Source: an uncultured Spirochaetota bacterium (GTDB lineage Bacteria > Spirochaetota > Spirochaetia > SZUA-6 > CAVTHK01). From it: a DNA stretch of 64,000 nucleotides. Shown piece by piece: positions 1 through 10,128 of this stretch (its first letter is position 1; each line of letters starts with the position of its first letter). The notes under the pieces are model-generated. The model was not told the origin of the DNA. It ran no database searches and worked only from the letters and a program-made list of their open reading frames with translations. A program made the position numbers and the translations under genes. The DNA is taken from assembly GCA_963734495.1 (NCBI GenBank), contig CAVTHK010000007.1:224001-288000 (forward strand), in the 5' to 3' direction.

Positions 1-720
1 ACCTGAAGGTTGCCTACCGCCATATCCCGGCGGTCATCTACCCGGGGCAGTCCGCGATCACGGCGCATGGTCGACGTGGGCGTCCTCTCGCGCTTCAACC
101 TTCTCAAGTTCTACTACGCCCGCCCCAAGAACTTTTCTGTCGGCATGGTGGTGAAGAACGTGGGGCTGCCCGCGCTCGGCGAGCCCCTTCCGAGCGTCGT
201 CACGACCGGCATCGGCTACTCGCCGATCCGGCCGCTTACGGTGGCGGTCGACTTCAATCTTCCCTTCAGCCTCGACGCCTCGACGCCCCCCGAGCGCTGG
301 TACATCGCGAGCGGGTTCGACGTGAACGTCACTCCGTTCCTTTCCGTGCAGGGCGGTCTCCGCGTCAAGGAGAACCCGCAGGTCAGCATGGGCGCGACCC
401 TCGCGCTCGCCAAGGTCACGTTCACCGCCAACTACAACCTCGACCTGAGCGGGAGCATCAACCCGATCGACAAGTTCAGCGTCGAGGCCAAGCTCAACCT
501 CGGCGACGGCGGGCGCGCCGCGAAGAGCCGGCAGGTCGACGAGCTGTACGCGGGCGGCCTGGAGGCGTTCGCCCGGGGCGACTTCGAGCGCGCCATCTCC
601 GAGTGGCAGTCGGTCCTGGACATCGACCCCACGTTCCGGCCTGCGTCGGATGCGATCGCCACCGCCAAAAAGAGACTCGAGCTGCAGAAAGAGATGATCG
701 GTCGTCAGGAGGTCAGGTAA
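1..720 (+). CDS. UPF0164/PorV/FadL-like outer-membrane protein with C-terminal TPR (TP0548-like), 5'-truncated by window
   Basis: Amphipathic beta-strand pattern (NFSVGMVVKNVG, GIGYSPIRPLTVAVDF, LSVQGG) followed by a TPR-like segment (GLEAFARGDFERAISEWQSVLDIDPTF). Confidence 0.7.
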
Positions 721-750
721 GCCGCCCCGGACGCGAGCCCGGGGAAGCGG

Positions 751-1536
751 TCACACCGAGCTTCTGGTCACGACGCTTCGCTTGATTCGCTGATAGACGG
801 CATACAGGGGCACGTCGATCTTTCTCGCCCTGGCCCATCGGTCCAGCCGCTCCTGCGAGGCATGCCGCTTGCGCAGAAGCCGCCTCAGGGAGCGCTCGTC
901 GCGCCGGCCGCCGCGCAGCCTGTAGCGCGACTCGACCGTGCGCACGAAGCTCCTCGCCTCGTCGGCGTTCTCCGCGCCGAGCCCGGCCCAGCCGCCCGCG
1001 TCGGTCATCCTCTCCGCCCACTCGATCAGCGAGCCGGACTCGCTTTCCGCCAGCGCCTCCTCCACGGATCGCACGAACGAGCTCTCCACGAACGTGACAC
1101 GGTCGACGGCCGCGCGGGCGTCGGAGCGTCTCTGAGACGCGAGCCTGGACCTCAGGTCGGCCCGGCCGAGAAGCACGAACACGAGCACCGCCGCGCCGAT
1201 CCCCAGCACGGCCTCGTCCAGCACCGGCAGGGGGTCGCGCACGACGGATGAGAAGAAGAAGTAGACCACGAGGAAGGTAGCCGCGGCGATCAGGAACTTG
1301 GGGATGAAGCGGACGTCGGCGAGCCAGCGTGCGACGCCTTCGTCGGCGAGCCTGTGCAGCTCGACTCGCAACGCTGTGAGCGCCTCGACCCGCGGCTCGT
1401 CCCCGTAGCGGCCCCTGACCTCGCCGTTCTCGATGGCCCCGAGGAGCCTCTCGCCGCTGTCGAACGGGTGCAGAACCAGCGACTCGGCCCCCTTGCGGTA
1501 GAGGTGAAAGATGTACGCCGTCTCCCGCCCGCTCAT
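751..1536 (-). CDS. Conserved hypothetical membrane protein (2 central TM helices)
   Basis: Typical codon usage; hydrophobic FLIAAATFLVVYFFF and AVLGIGAAVLVFVLL. Start placed at ATG 1536, downstream of TTGACA(1575-1570)-N18-TATCCT. Confidence 0.6.
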   Translation of the reverse strand: MSGRETAYIFHLYRKGAESLVLHPFDSGERLLGAIENGEVRGRYGDEPRVEALTALRVELHRLADEGVARWLADVRFIPKFLIAAATFLVVYFFFSSVVRDPLPVLDEAVLGIGAAVLVFVLLGRADLRSRLASQRRSDARAAVDRVTFVESSFVRSVEEALAESESGSLIEWAERMTDAGGWAGLGAENADEARSFVRTVESRYRLRGGRRDERSLRRLLRKRHASQERLDRWARARKIDVPLYAVYQRIKRSVVTRSSV

Positions 1537-1685
1537 CTCAAATCGAGGATAATCAACCGCATTTTGTGCTGTCAAGCCGTTCATGCCGGCTTTGCCGCCC
1601 CGGCGGGGGACGTCTCGAGCCGCGCGTGCGGCGCCCCGGCGCCGGCCTCGGGCGAGGGTGACGCGGGCCGGCGGCGCGCATACCT

Positions 1686-3450
1686 TCAGCCTTGTCCCTG
1701 GACGGGCAGGAGCGCCTGAATCTCGGCGTTGACGCGGGTGAGTCTTGCCCCCACCACCCTCCGGGCCTCGGCGAGGGCCACCGCGGGCGCCGCGCAGCAG
1801 GACGCGTAGAACTTGATCTTCGGCTCGGTGCCCGAAGGCCTGGCTGTTATGAACGAATCGCCGTCGGTGACCCACTGGAGCACGTTCGAGGAGGGCAGCT
1901 CGATGTCGTGCACCCTCGCGCGCGCGCCCGCCCGGATGGTCGTGCCGTCGCGGAAATCGCGGAGCTCGAGCACCCGCTCGCCGCCCCATTCGCGGAGGGG
2001 CTCACGCCTCAGCCTGTCCATCAGGGCATCCATCGAGCGCATCCCCTGCTCGCCCGGGAAGCCGCGGGAGATCCCGATCTCCTCGAAGTAGCCGTACTTC
2101 CGGTAGATCTCCTCGAGAGCGTCGAGGACGCTCAGGCCGCGGCTCTTGTGGTAGAGCGCCATCTCCACGGTGACGACCGCGGCGGTCACCGCGTCCTTGT
2201 CGCGAACGTGGGTCCCGATCATGTAGCCGTAGCTCTCCTCGGAGCCGAAGACGTAGCTCGGGCCGTCCGGCTGCGACTCGAACTGCCGGATCTTCTCGCC
2301 CATGTACTTGAACCCGGTGAGCGTGTCGATGCATCGCACGCCGTGCGCGTCGGCGATGCGCCGGTGGAGCTCGGTCGTCACGATGGTCTTGATGACCACG
2401 GGCCTCGGAGGCATCACGCCGAGCTCGTTGCGCGTGGTGAGCACGTAGTCCATGAGAAGCGCGCCGAGCTGGTTCCCCGTGACCAGGACCAGGTCGCTGC
2501 CTTTCTTGACGGCGATCCCGAGGCGGTCCGAATCCGGATCCGTGCCCATCACGAGGTCGGCCCCCGTCCGCCGGCCCAGCTCCAGGGCGAGCTTGAGGGC
2601 GGAGGCCTCCTCGGGGTTGGGGTACACGACGGTGGGGAAGTCGCCGTCCGGGTCGCGCTGCTCCGGCACGACGGTCACATCGACACCGAGATCGCGGAGC
2701 GTTCCCGCGACGGGGATGCCCCCCGTGCCATGGAGGGGCGTGTACACGACGCGGAGGTCGCGGCCGAGCCTCCGCACGAGCTCGGGCCGCAGCACCTGCG
2801 CCTTGACGGCATCGATGAATGCCGAGTCGACTTCGGAGTCGGCGACTGCGAGCAGCCCGCGCGCCGCGCGCTTCGCCCTCTTCGAGCGCGCGCACCTCGC
2901 GCACCGCGGCCACCTCGTCCACGATCGCGCTGTCGTGGGGCGCAACGACCTGCGCCCCGTCTTCCCAGTAGACCTTGTACCCGTTGTACTGGGCCGGGTT
3001 GTGGCTGGCGGTCACGACGATGCCCGTGGTGGCCCCGAGCTTCCTGACGGCGAACGAAAGCTCAGGCGTCGGCCGCAGCCCTGAGAAGACGTACGCGCGG
3101 ATCCCGTTCCCGGCAAACACCAGCGCAGCCTCGCGTGCAAAGAGGTCCGAGAAGCGGCGCGAGTCGTGAGCGATCACCGCGGAGGCGGGGGAGCCCCGCT
3201 TCGCCTTGAGGACGTAGCTCGCGAGCCCCTGGGTGATCCGCCTGACGTTCAGCGGGTTCATCCGGTTGGAGCCGCCGCCGATGATGCCCCGCATGCCGCC
3301 CGTGCCGAACGCGAGGCTGGAGTAGAAGCGTTCGGAGAGCCCACTCCAGTCCTCTCTGGCGATAAGGTCCTCTACCTCGGCGCGAAAGACCGGGTGAGCC
3401 TCCCGGGCCGTGTACTCGCGGGCCTTGCGCAACAGCTCGGTGTGCTCCAT
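1686..3450 (-). CDS. pgm: Phosphoglucomutase/phosphomannomutase (frameshift near 2865, likely sequencing error)
   Basis: FGTGGMRG, TASHNP phosphoserine loop, DPDSDR metal loop, EESYG and RPSGTEPKIK, split over ORFs 2002..3450 and 1686..2945. Confidence 0.9.
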
Positions 3451-3469
3451 GCGTTCTTGCCTCCACGGG

Positions 3470-4912
3470 TCAGCGCCCTGGTGTTCCGGCGCCCTTCTGC
3501 TCCCGCGCGCGGGTGATGGTCGTCTGGTCCGCGCGCAGGCGCGAGCTTTCAGGAAGTCTCTGCAGCCCTCGCTCCACGATGGCCATGGCCTCGTCGAGCC
3601 TTCCGGCGTTCCAGGCCGCGACCATGGCGTTGTGAGTCTCGACTTCGAAGTTGTGGCGATACACGCGCTCGGTCTCGACGAGCCGGGCGTCGCTCCCCAG
3701 CCGCCCGATCGCCTCCTGCACGAGGTTGAGCGCCGGCAGGGACCCCCGCTCCCTGGCGACCGACTGCGCGCGCATCTGCGTCGCGCTGACCATCAGGTCC
3801 AGCCATTCCGCCCCCTCGAGCTCACCGCTCGCCCGCCGCCCATCCGCCAGGCGGACCGCGACGTCTATCTCGCCGCGGCGCAGGAGAACGGCCACCTGGT
3901 TGTGGACCACCTCCTGTCGCAGCCGCGCGAACCGCGGGTCCGGTCCGTAGCGGGCCGCCGCGCGGTCGAGCAGGGCGAGCGCATCGTCGAACCGGTCTGC
4001 CGATGCGAGCGACGACGCCATGTTCGACACGGTGATCACGAGCTTGAGCCGCGAGTCGTCGTCGCGCCCGAGCGCGTAGCCGTCGACCGCCGGCGCCACG
4101 GCGGTCTCGAACTGCCGGCGCTGCGTGGCGAGCGACGCCAGGTTCTGCGGGATCAGGGAGAGGAGGCCTCGCTCGTCGATCTCCGCGCGCGACGAGTCGC
4201 GGTTGGCGGGCACGTAGGTAAAGCCGGTCACGCGGCCGAACTGGTTCTGGAACTCGTGCTTTTCGCCGGGGTCGAACCCGTACACGTTCGTCGTCTCGAC
4301 GTCGACGAGCCCGCCGTCGATCCGCACCGCGCAGAACGCGTGATCCCGCGTCCTGACCCCGACGACCGGAAGGCCCGCCGCACGGGCCAGGATCGTGTAG
4401 AGCACGGCGGACGACACACAGTTGTAACGGCCGCTCTGCAGCGCGACGTCGACCCGCGTCTGCTCCTCCTGGTAAGTGCGCAGCAGCCGCTCGTGGAGAA
4501 AGACGAGCACGGCGTTGCCGCGTGCCCTCGGGTCGGCTTCGTCGGACACGACGTTGCGGACGTCGCGGATGAGGTCGTTCGCCCGCCGGCGGGCCTGCGC
4601 GAGCGCCTCGCCGCTCGCGCCCGAAAGCACCAGCGCAGCCTCGACCATTTCGTCCAGCGAGAGCGGCTCCACGTGCGACGCGAGATCGCGCGCGAAAGGC
4701 GAAGGCTCGAGTGACTGGACCTGGGCTTGAGACTGGGCTTGAGACTGGGCTTGAGGCGGCGCCTGCGCTTGAGCTCGTGGAGACGGCGCCTGCGCGCCTG
4801 CGACGGGCGCAGCGATCCCCGACACCGCGGCAGCCAGCGCGCATGCCGTGCGAAACGCAATCCTCGGGCGCGCCCCGCGCCCGGCTGCGCGACCGCGTGA
4901 CGCGGCTTCCAT
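3470..4912 (-). CDS. Exported transglutaminase-like (Cys-His-acidic triad) protein with TPR-like C-terminus
   Basis: Signal-like N-terminus, GRYNCVSS...DHAF...VDVETT motifs, helical repeats after the catalytic domain. Start uncertain. Confidence 0.65.
   Translation of the reverse strand: MEAASRGRAAGRGARPRIAFRTACALAAAVSGIAAPVAGAQAPSPRAQAQAPPQAQSQAQSQAQVQSLEPSPFARDLASHVEPLSLDEMVEAALVLSGASGEALAQARRRANDLIRDVRNVVSDEADPRARGNAVLVFLHERLLRTYQEEQTRVDVALQSGRYNCVSSAVLYTILARAAGLPVVGVRTRDHAFCAVRIDGGLVDVETTNVYGFDPGEKHEFQNQFGRVTGFTYVPANRDSSRAEIDERGLLSLIPQNLASLATQRRQFETAVAPAVDGYALGRDDDSRLKLVITVSNMASSLASADRFDDALALLDRAAARYGPDPRFARLRQEVVHNQVAVLLRRGEIDVAVRLADGRRASGELEGAEWLDLMVSATQMRAQSVARERGSLPALNLVQEAIGRLGSDARLVETERVYRHNFEVETHNAMVAAWNAGRLDEAMAIVERGLQRLPESSRLRADQTTITRAREQKGAGTPGR
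4721..4756. repeat. Coding 12-bp tandem repeat (CTGGGCTTGAGA x3) encoding a QAQS/QAQP linker
   Basis: Directly visible; lies in the low-complexity linker after the signal peptide of the 3470..4912 CDS. Confidence 0.8.
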
Positions 4913-4983
4913 CGCCGAGAATTTAGATGTATTGTGGGGGTGAATCAAGCAAGCGCGGTCTTTCGAGAGGGAGTCAAGGGGCA

Positions 4984-5763
4984 TTGGAGTTTGTCCATGA
5001 GGGGCCGTTCCGCATGATCGTCGACGGCGCGCACGACGGCCCGGTCAACATGGCGCGGGACGAGGCGCTGAGCGAGTGCAGCGAGCGGCCGGCTGTTCGT
5101 TTCTACACCTTCCGCCCCGCCACGCTGTCGCTCGGCCGCTTTCAGCCCGCCTCCAGCGTCGACGTCGCCGCTGCCCGCCGCGACGGGCTCTGCGTAGTGC
5201 GCCGGCCCACCGGCGGTCAGGCCGTGCTCCACGACAACGAGCTCACCTACTCCGTGATACTGGCGCGCGCCCACTTGCGCGATTTCCGAAAGCGCGAGAT
5301 CTATCGTTTCATCTCGGAGCTGCTCGCGGACGGCCTGAGGAGGTTCGGCGTGGCGGCGGGCTTTAGTCTGCAGCGGCGGGGCAGCGCCCGCAACCCCGAC
5401 TGTTTCGCCACCACGGGCGAATACGAGCTCGCCACGGCCGACGGCCGCAAGATCGTCGGGAGCGCCCAGGCCACGTCCCGGCGCGCGTGCCTTCAGCACG
5501 GATCGATCCCGCTCGACGACTCATTCCGCCGGATCAACGCTTACTTGAAGACGCCCGCAGAGGACGGCGGCCCGACGCCAGTTTCCATTGGCGAGGTGCT
5601 CGGCCGCAGCGTCGGCCTCGAGGAGGCCATTGCCGTGTTCGCCGCGGCGTTTGCCCGCCAGCTTGACCTCGAAGCCTCCGCTCTGAGCCCCGACGAGGAG
5701 GCTCTGGCCGGCAGGCTCGTCGCGGACAAGTACGGCCGCGACGAGTGGAATCTCCGGTACTGA
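4984..5763 (+). CDS. Lipoate-protein ligase A family / LipM-like octanoyltransferase
   Basis: NMARDEAL, RRPTGGQAVLH, ELTYS, KIVGSAQ, LQHGSI. Start (TTG 4984) uncertain. Confidence 0.85.
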   Translation: MEFVHEGPFRMIVDGAHDGPVNMARDEALSECSERPAVRFYTFRPATLSLGRFQPASSVDVAAARRDGLCVVRRPTGGQAVLHDNELTYSVILARAHLRDFRKREIYRFISELLADGLRRFGVAAGFSLQRRGSARNPDCFATTGEYELATADGRKIVGSAQATSRRACLQHGSIPLDDSFRRINAYLKTPAEDGGPTPVSIGEVLGRSVGLEEAIAVFAAAFARQLDLEASALSPDEEALAGRLVADKYGRDEWNLRY

Positions 5764-5776
5764 GAGAGGTCCTCTC

Positions 5777-6649
5777 GTGTGGCAGGTCGCAGGCAGCAAC
5801 GATCAAGCGCCCCTGCTTGCCTTTCTCAAGAACGATGAATGGCGGTGCGTGTCATTTTCGTCGCGCCTTCGCACCGACAGCCCGGCATCGCGGGAGGCCG
5901 ACCCGGCCACCACCCTCGTCTGGGTCGAAAAGGGCGCTCAGCACCCGGTCGTGACTTCAGCGCTCATGCTGACGCGTACCGGAGTCGCTCTGCCGGTCCT
6001 CGACGGGCACGAGCGGTTCGAGCTGCCCCCCGGCGACAGGCTCTGCCTGCTCCTCGACCGCTTCCGCCCCCGGCTCCACTCCGTGATGGGGATGAAGTCC
6101 TGCGTCCTCAAGATGGAGGACGCGTTGCTCAAGCGGCCCTTCGCCTCGATCGACTACCACATGATGACTCTGGACCTCGAGCGGTGGCAGCCCGGCGAAC
6201 CAATGGACCTGAAATCCGTGACCGTCCGCAAGGCGTACCCCGAAGACACCGACGCCGTGTTCCCTCTGCAGCGCAGCTACGAGCTCGAGGAGGTGTACCT
6301 CGACCCACGGCAGTTCGACGACCGCAGGTGCCGCAGCCTTCTGCGGCGGGGGCTGCGCGAGGAGATCGTGTACGTCGCCGAGATGAGCGGCGTCCCGGTG
6401 GCCAAGGCGGGCACGAACGCGCGGGGCTTCACCACCGACCAGATCGGCGGCGTCTTCACGAGGAAAGACCTGCGGCATCGCGGCCTCGCGAGGCTCGTGA
6501 TGGTGACGTTGATCGATCACATCCAGCGCGACAAGCAGCACGTCTGCCTCTTTGTGAAGAAGGACAACGGACCGGCGATCCGCCTCTACCTCGGGCTCGG
6601 ATTCAAGATCCGGGGCGACTACCGCATCTCCTATTACGGCCGGGTCTGA
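5777..6649 (+). CDS. GNAT family N-acetyltransferase
   Basis: C-terminal IGGVFT..DLRHRGLA (acetyl-CoA motif A) and LFVKKDNGPAIRLYLGLGF (motif B). Confidence 0.85.
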   Translation: MWQVAGSNDQAPLLAFLKNDEWRCVSFSSRLRTDSPASREADPATTLVWVEKGAQHPVVTSALMLTRTGVALPVLDGHERFELPPGDRLCLLLDRFRPRLHSVMGMKSCVLKMEDALLKRPFASIDYHMMTLDLERWQPGEPMDLKSVTVRKAYPEDTDAVFPLQRSYELEEVYLDPRQFDDRRCRSLLRRGLREEIVYVAEMSGVPVAKAGTNARGFTTDQIGGVFTRKDLRHRGLARLVMVTLIDHIQRDKQHVCLFVKKDNGPAIRLYLGLGFKIRGDYRISYYGRV

Positions 6650-7014
6650 GGGGCCGGCTCCGGGGGCGTCTCGCGGCGGCGGTCCCGGTACCACGAAGAG
6701 TGCAGCGTAGAGAGAAACCCCACGACCGTGGCGGTGGTGAGCACACCGAAGAGCAGGCTCGCGAACAATGCCACGCTGCCGCCGGCAGCCACGAGCACGG
6801 GGCTTCTCACCGCGACGATTCCCGCGCCCGTCACCGCGATCAGAGACGACCCCCAGGCGACGGTATGGTGGGAGATCACGCGGAGCCTGCGGCTCTTGCG
6901 CACAACGGTGTCCGTGAAGTCGCGGCTCTCCAGCCATGTGCGGATGAGGCTCTCCTCTTCGCCCGGAAACTCGATGCTGCTGAGGACCGGCCCGAGATGG
7001 GACTCCCGCTTCAA
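6634..7014 (-). CDS. Small 2-TM membrane protein, candidate anti-sigma factor
   Basis: Overlaps the ECF sigma stop; short cytoplasmic N-terminus plus two hydrophobic helices. Confidence 0.55.
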   Translation of the reverse strand: MKRESHLGPVLSSIEFPGEEESLIRTWLESRDFTDTVVRKSRRLRVISHHTVAWGSSLIAVTGAGIVAVRSPVLVAAGGSVALFASLLFGVLTTATVVGFLSTLHSSWYRDRRRETPPEPAPQTRP

Positions 7015-7604
7015 ACGGACACCTCCTCCGGCTCCTGCCCTTGGTCATGAGCCAGGTGCTTGCGCAGGATGCGCTTGGCGCGGAAGACGTGGGACTTGAT
7101 CGTGTTCACCGGCAGCCCCGTCGCCCGCGAGATTTCGGGATAGCTCATCCCGTCGAAGTAGTGCATGCGGATCACGATGTTGTACGCCTCGGGGAGCCGC
7201 GCGAGCACCCTGCGCACCTCCTCGGCCCTCTCGGCCTCGATCAGGCGGGTCTCGGGCGGGGGCTCGCGCGCCGCGATGACCACGTCGTCGCTGCTCGCCT
7301 CCGCGAGCCGCCGCCGGCTCACGTGGTAGCCGTTGACGGCGAGGTTGAAGGCGAGCCGGTAGAGCCACGCCGCGAACGGCACCTGACCGCGGAACGAGTC
7401 GATCTTGCGGTAGGCCCTGAGAAAGACCTCCTGCGCATAATCCTGCGCGTCCTCCATGCTGCGGAGGAACTGGAGCCCGAGGTAGAAGATGCGGGTCTGG
7501 TGTCGCTCGACGATGAGGCGAAAAGCGTCGCGGTCGCCGGCCGCAACCCTCAGCACCAGCTCGTTGTCGTCAGGCTCCGCCACGGTCGCGGATCGTCCCG
7601 TCAC
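7011..7604 (-). CDS. ECF (sigma-70 group 4) RNA polymerase sigma factor
   Basis: DAQDYAQEVFLRAY, AWLYRLAFN (region 2); GMSYPEISRATGLPVNTIKSHVFRAK (region 4). Confidence 0.92.
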   Translation of the reverse strand: MTGRSATVAEPDDNELVLRVAAGDRDAFRLIVERHQTRIFYLGLQFLRSMEDAQDYAQEVFLRAYRKIDSFRGQVPFAAWLYRLAFNLAVNGYHVSRRRLAEASSDDVVIAAREPPPETRLIEAERAEEVRRVLARLPEAYNIVIRMHYFDGMSYPEISRATGLPVNTIKSHVFRAKRILRKHLAHDQGQEPEEVSV

Positions 7605-7965
7605 GGTCGCGGGTTGCGGCGCCCCGCGCCAGCCGCTGGTAGACCACGATCGCGGCGCCGGCGGCCGCGGGCACCACGCCGATGAGCATCGGCTGCCCGG
7701 TGCCCTGCGTTGCCCGGAAGAAGAGGATGAGAGCGCCCCCCACGAACAAGAGTATGAACCCCGTGAGCATGAGCCGCTCGGGCCTGAGGCGAGGCGGGGG
7801 GGTGCCGCCGCGCGCGATGATCATGAGCCGGCGCTTGTGGTCCCAGAGCATCCAGAAGAACACCAGGACGCCGACGAGCACGAGCGCGGCGAGCGGCAGG
7901 GACGCGAGGAGGATCTGTGCGACCAGGCTCAGGTTGCCGATCCCGGTGAACGAGCCTGCTGCCAT
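7570..7965 (-). CDS. Small membrane protein, DUF6249-like
   Basis: TM helix, then HKRRLMIIARG, then 2 TM helices; first gene of the ECF operon. Confidence 0.55.
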   Translation of the reverse strand: MAAGSFTGIGNLSLVAQILLASLPLAALVLVGVLVFFWMLWDHKRRLMIIARGGTPPPRLRPERLMLTGFILLFVGGALILFFRATQGTGQPMLIGVVPAAAGAAIVVYQRLARGAATRDRDGTIRDRGGA

Positions 7966-7986
7966 CGAGCGCCCCCTTCGCCTGTT

Positions 7987-8015
7987 GAGACCACGGAACG
8001 CCCCCCGCGGTTGCA
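7987..8015 (-). promoter_or_regulatory. Putative ECF-type promoter (TGCAAC-N17-GGTCTC)
   Basis: AAC/GTC-type elements just upstream of the ECF operon; autoregulation is inferred. Confidence 0.35.
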
Positions 8016-8233
8016 GGAGGGTCATCACGAGCCGCGCTGGATTTGTGCCGGCGACCCGCGCCTCACAAGGACGATACTGCACTTTTCGGGCAATGTCGAC
8101 ACGACCGGCTGCATCGACCGGCCGCGTCGCGGCGGTCGGTCAACAGGCGTCGTACTTGATAAAAAGGCTGATTCCGTACACTATAGGCTGTGTCGCGCGA
8201 GGCGCGCGAAGCAGGGCATGAAGGAGAGCGGGC

Positions 8234-8530
8234 ATGCGGAATCGTGATCGCGGCGGGAGGGAGTTTCGCAGTCAGATGGTGGACATCGTCTGGCGGAAGG
8301 GCGCGGTCGTCCAGGGGGACAATCGCACGAATCGCAGAATGGACGTGTGCGGCTCGATGATCGAGCGTGATCAGTACGGCAAGGAAACCCAGACAGGATG
8401 GGAGATCGATCACGTAGTGCCCAAGGCGAGAGGTGGAGGCGACGATCTCGCCAACCTTCAGCCGCTGCAGTGGGAGAACAACGTCCGCAAGGGGAATTCC
8501 TCGGACTGGAACTGCGTCAAACAGAAGTGA
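8234..8530 (+). CDS. Stand-alone HNH endonuclease
   Basis: GWEIDHVVPKARGGGDDLANLQPLQWENNVRKG motif; AAGGAG RBS upstream. Confidence 0.85.
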   Translation: MRNRDRGGREFRSQMVDIVWRKGAVVQGDNRTNRRMDVCGSMIERDQYGKETQTGWEIDHVVPKARGGGDDLANLQPLQWENNVRKGNSSDWNCVKQK

Positions 8531-8784
8531 TCGAATCTCACCCGTCACGGCGGCCGCGCGGCGCGTAGACCCCCGACCGCCCGGTGACGCGGCATCCCGA
8601 CAGGGCGTCGGAATCTCGGCGGAGCCAGACGCCCATCTTCGGTTTCAATCGTATCGGTCTCGGTCGCTCACGCCCAGGCGGCTTTTCGCGCAGGAGGGCC
8701 TGACAGGCCTTCTCTTCGCGATCGGCCTGCCTGGCGGCCGATGCCTGCGTGATGACCAGCAGCACGAACCCCGAGTTGCCTGAA

Positions 8785-8857
8785 TGAGCCGCGCTGGACT
8801 CGAACCAGCGACCCACGCCTTAAAAGGGCGTTGCTCTACCACCTGAGCTAGCGGCCC
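8785..8857 (-). tRNA. tRNA-Lys(UUU)
   Basis: Cloverleaf GGGCCGC/GCGGCTC acceptor, ACGCC-CTTTTAA-GGCGT anticodon arm, GGTTCGAGTCC T-loop. CCA not encoded. Upstream TTGACA..TATATA promoter (8894-8865). Confidence 0.95.
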
Positions 8858-8933
8858 CGTCCGGTATATAGCCACGCGAGTACGGGGGTGTCAACCTGAG
8901 AGCGGCGAGAGCGGCGCCGGGCAGCGGGCGCGC

Positions 8934-10106
8934 CTACAGCCGGAATCGCATGCCGAACATCAGGTTGTAGGTAGGGCGAAGCCCTGGCTCCGAAGACAGC
9001 TCGGTGCCGAACATGGAGAGGCTCAGGTCCGCGAACGCGAGGTCGAGCGCCAGCCCGGCTGACAGCAGGCCCTGCCCGAAACCGACGCGCACGGACAGGA
9101 TCTGCAGCATGATCGCCTCGACGCCGAGCGACACGTGCAGGACCGGGTTGCGGGCGGTCGCCGGGTCGATGGCGAAATCGAAAATGTCGTCGTAGTCGAG
9201 CAGGAACTTGAAGCGGTCCACGACGCGCTCGATGGCGACGATGCGCGGGCTGTAGCGCACCCCGACCGACACGTCCGGACGCACCCGGCCGTCGCTCACG
9301 GAGACCGGAGCCGCGGAATCGGTAAAGGCCTCGAACGAGGCATACTCGCTGCGCCGGGTCGGGGCGAACGCGTCCCGGGCGACGATGCCCGCCGCGAAGA
9401 CCTTGCCGCGGCTGTAGAGCAGGCCGAGGTCGATGCCGACCCCGAGGCTCAGCGTGTAGGGCTCGCTCGAGAGCAGGGAGCCGGGATCGCCGAAGAGGTC
9501 CACGATCTCGAGCAGGCTCTTCGTGGTCTTCGCCTCGCCTCGGATCGAGGCCTTGAGCATCCCGCCGACGTCGAGCGTCCCGCCGAGGGAGGCCGGAATC
9601 GGGACCCGCAGCCCGTATCCTCCCGCGATCACGAGGTTCTCCGCCAGACCCATGTCCAGGGTGGCCGGGCCGGCCGAGTCGAACACCAGGTCGAACCAGT
9701 TGTAGATGGCGAAGCCGAGGCCGCCGTCTCCGTACGCGAACGCGACGGGGCCGGAGAGAGTCATGCCCGCGTGCAGGCCGGCCAGCAGGTCCCGCACGTC
9801 GGGGTCGGCGAGCGCGTCCTCCCCGTCGGCGACGCGCAGCATCACCCCCGTGATGTCGAAGATCGGCCCCGACAGGGCCAGGGTCAGCTCGGAAGCCTGC
9901 ACCTGCCGCTCGATCGAGGCGAGTCCCGCGGGGTTGGTGAAGATCGTGTACAGGTCGTCGGTGAGCGCGGCGTGAGGTCCGCCCAGGGCCGAGGCCCTGG
10001 CCGAAGGCGGCACCCTCCGGGTCTCCCACTCCAGCGCAGCGGAGAGCGTGCCCGCGAGGGCCAGCAGGAGGAAGACGGTGAGGCGCCCGAGCCGGTGCAT
10101 GCTCAT
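8934..10106 (-). CDS. FadL/PorV/TraF-like outer-membrane beta-barrel protein
   Basis: Signal peptide; ARASALGG..AALTDD..IFTNPAGL N-terminal motif; terminal strand LMFGMRFRL. Confidence 0.7.
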   Translation of the reverse strand: MSMHRLGRLTVFLLLALAGTLSAALEWETRRVPPSARASALGGPHAALTDDLYTIFTNPAGLASIERQVQASELTLALSGPIFDITGVMLRVADGEDALADPDVRDLLAGLHAGMTLSGPVAFAYGDGGLGFAIYNWFDLVFDSAGPATLDMGLAENLVIAGGYGLRVPIPASLGGTLDVGGMLKASIRGEAKTTKSLLEIVDLFGDPGSLLSSEPYTLSLGVGIDLGLLYSRGKVFAAGIVARDAFAPTRRSEYASFEAFTDSAAPVSVSDGRVRPDVSVGVRYSPRIVAIERVVDRFKFLLDYDDIFDFAIDPATARNPVLHVSLGVEAIMLQILSVRVGFGQGLLSAGLALDLAFADLSLSMFGTELSSEPGLRPTYNLMFGMRFRL

Positions 10107-10128
10107 GCTGGGTGTTCTCCGCGCGCTG

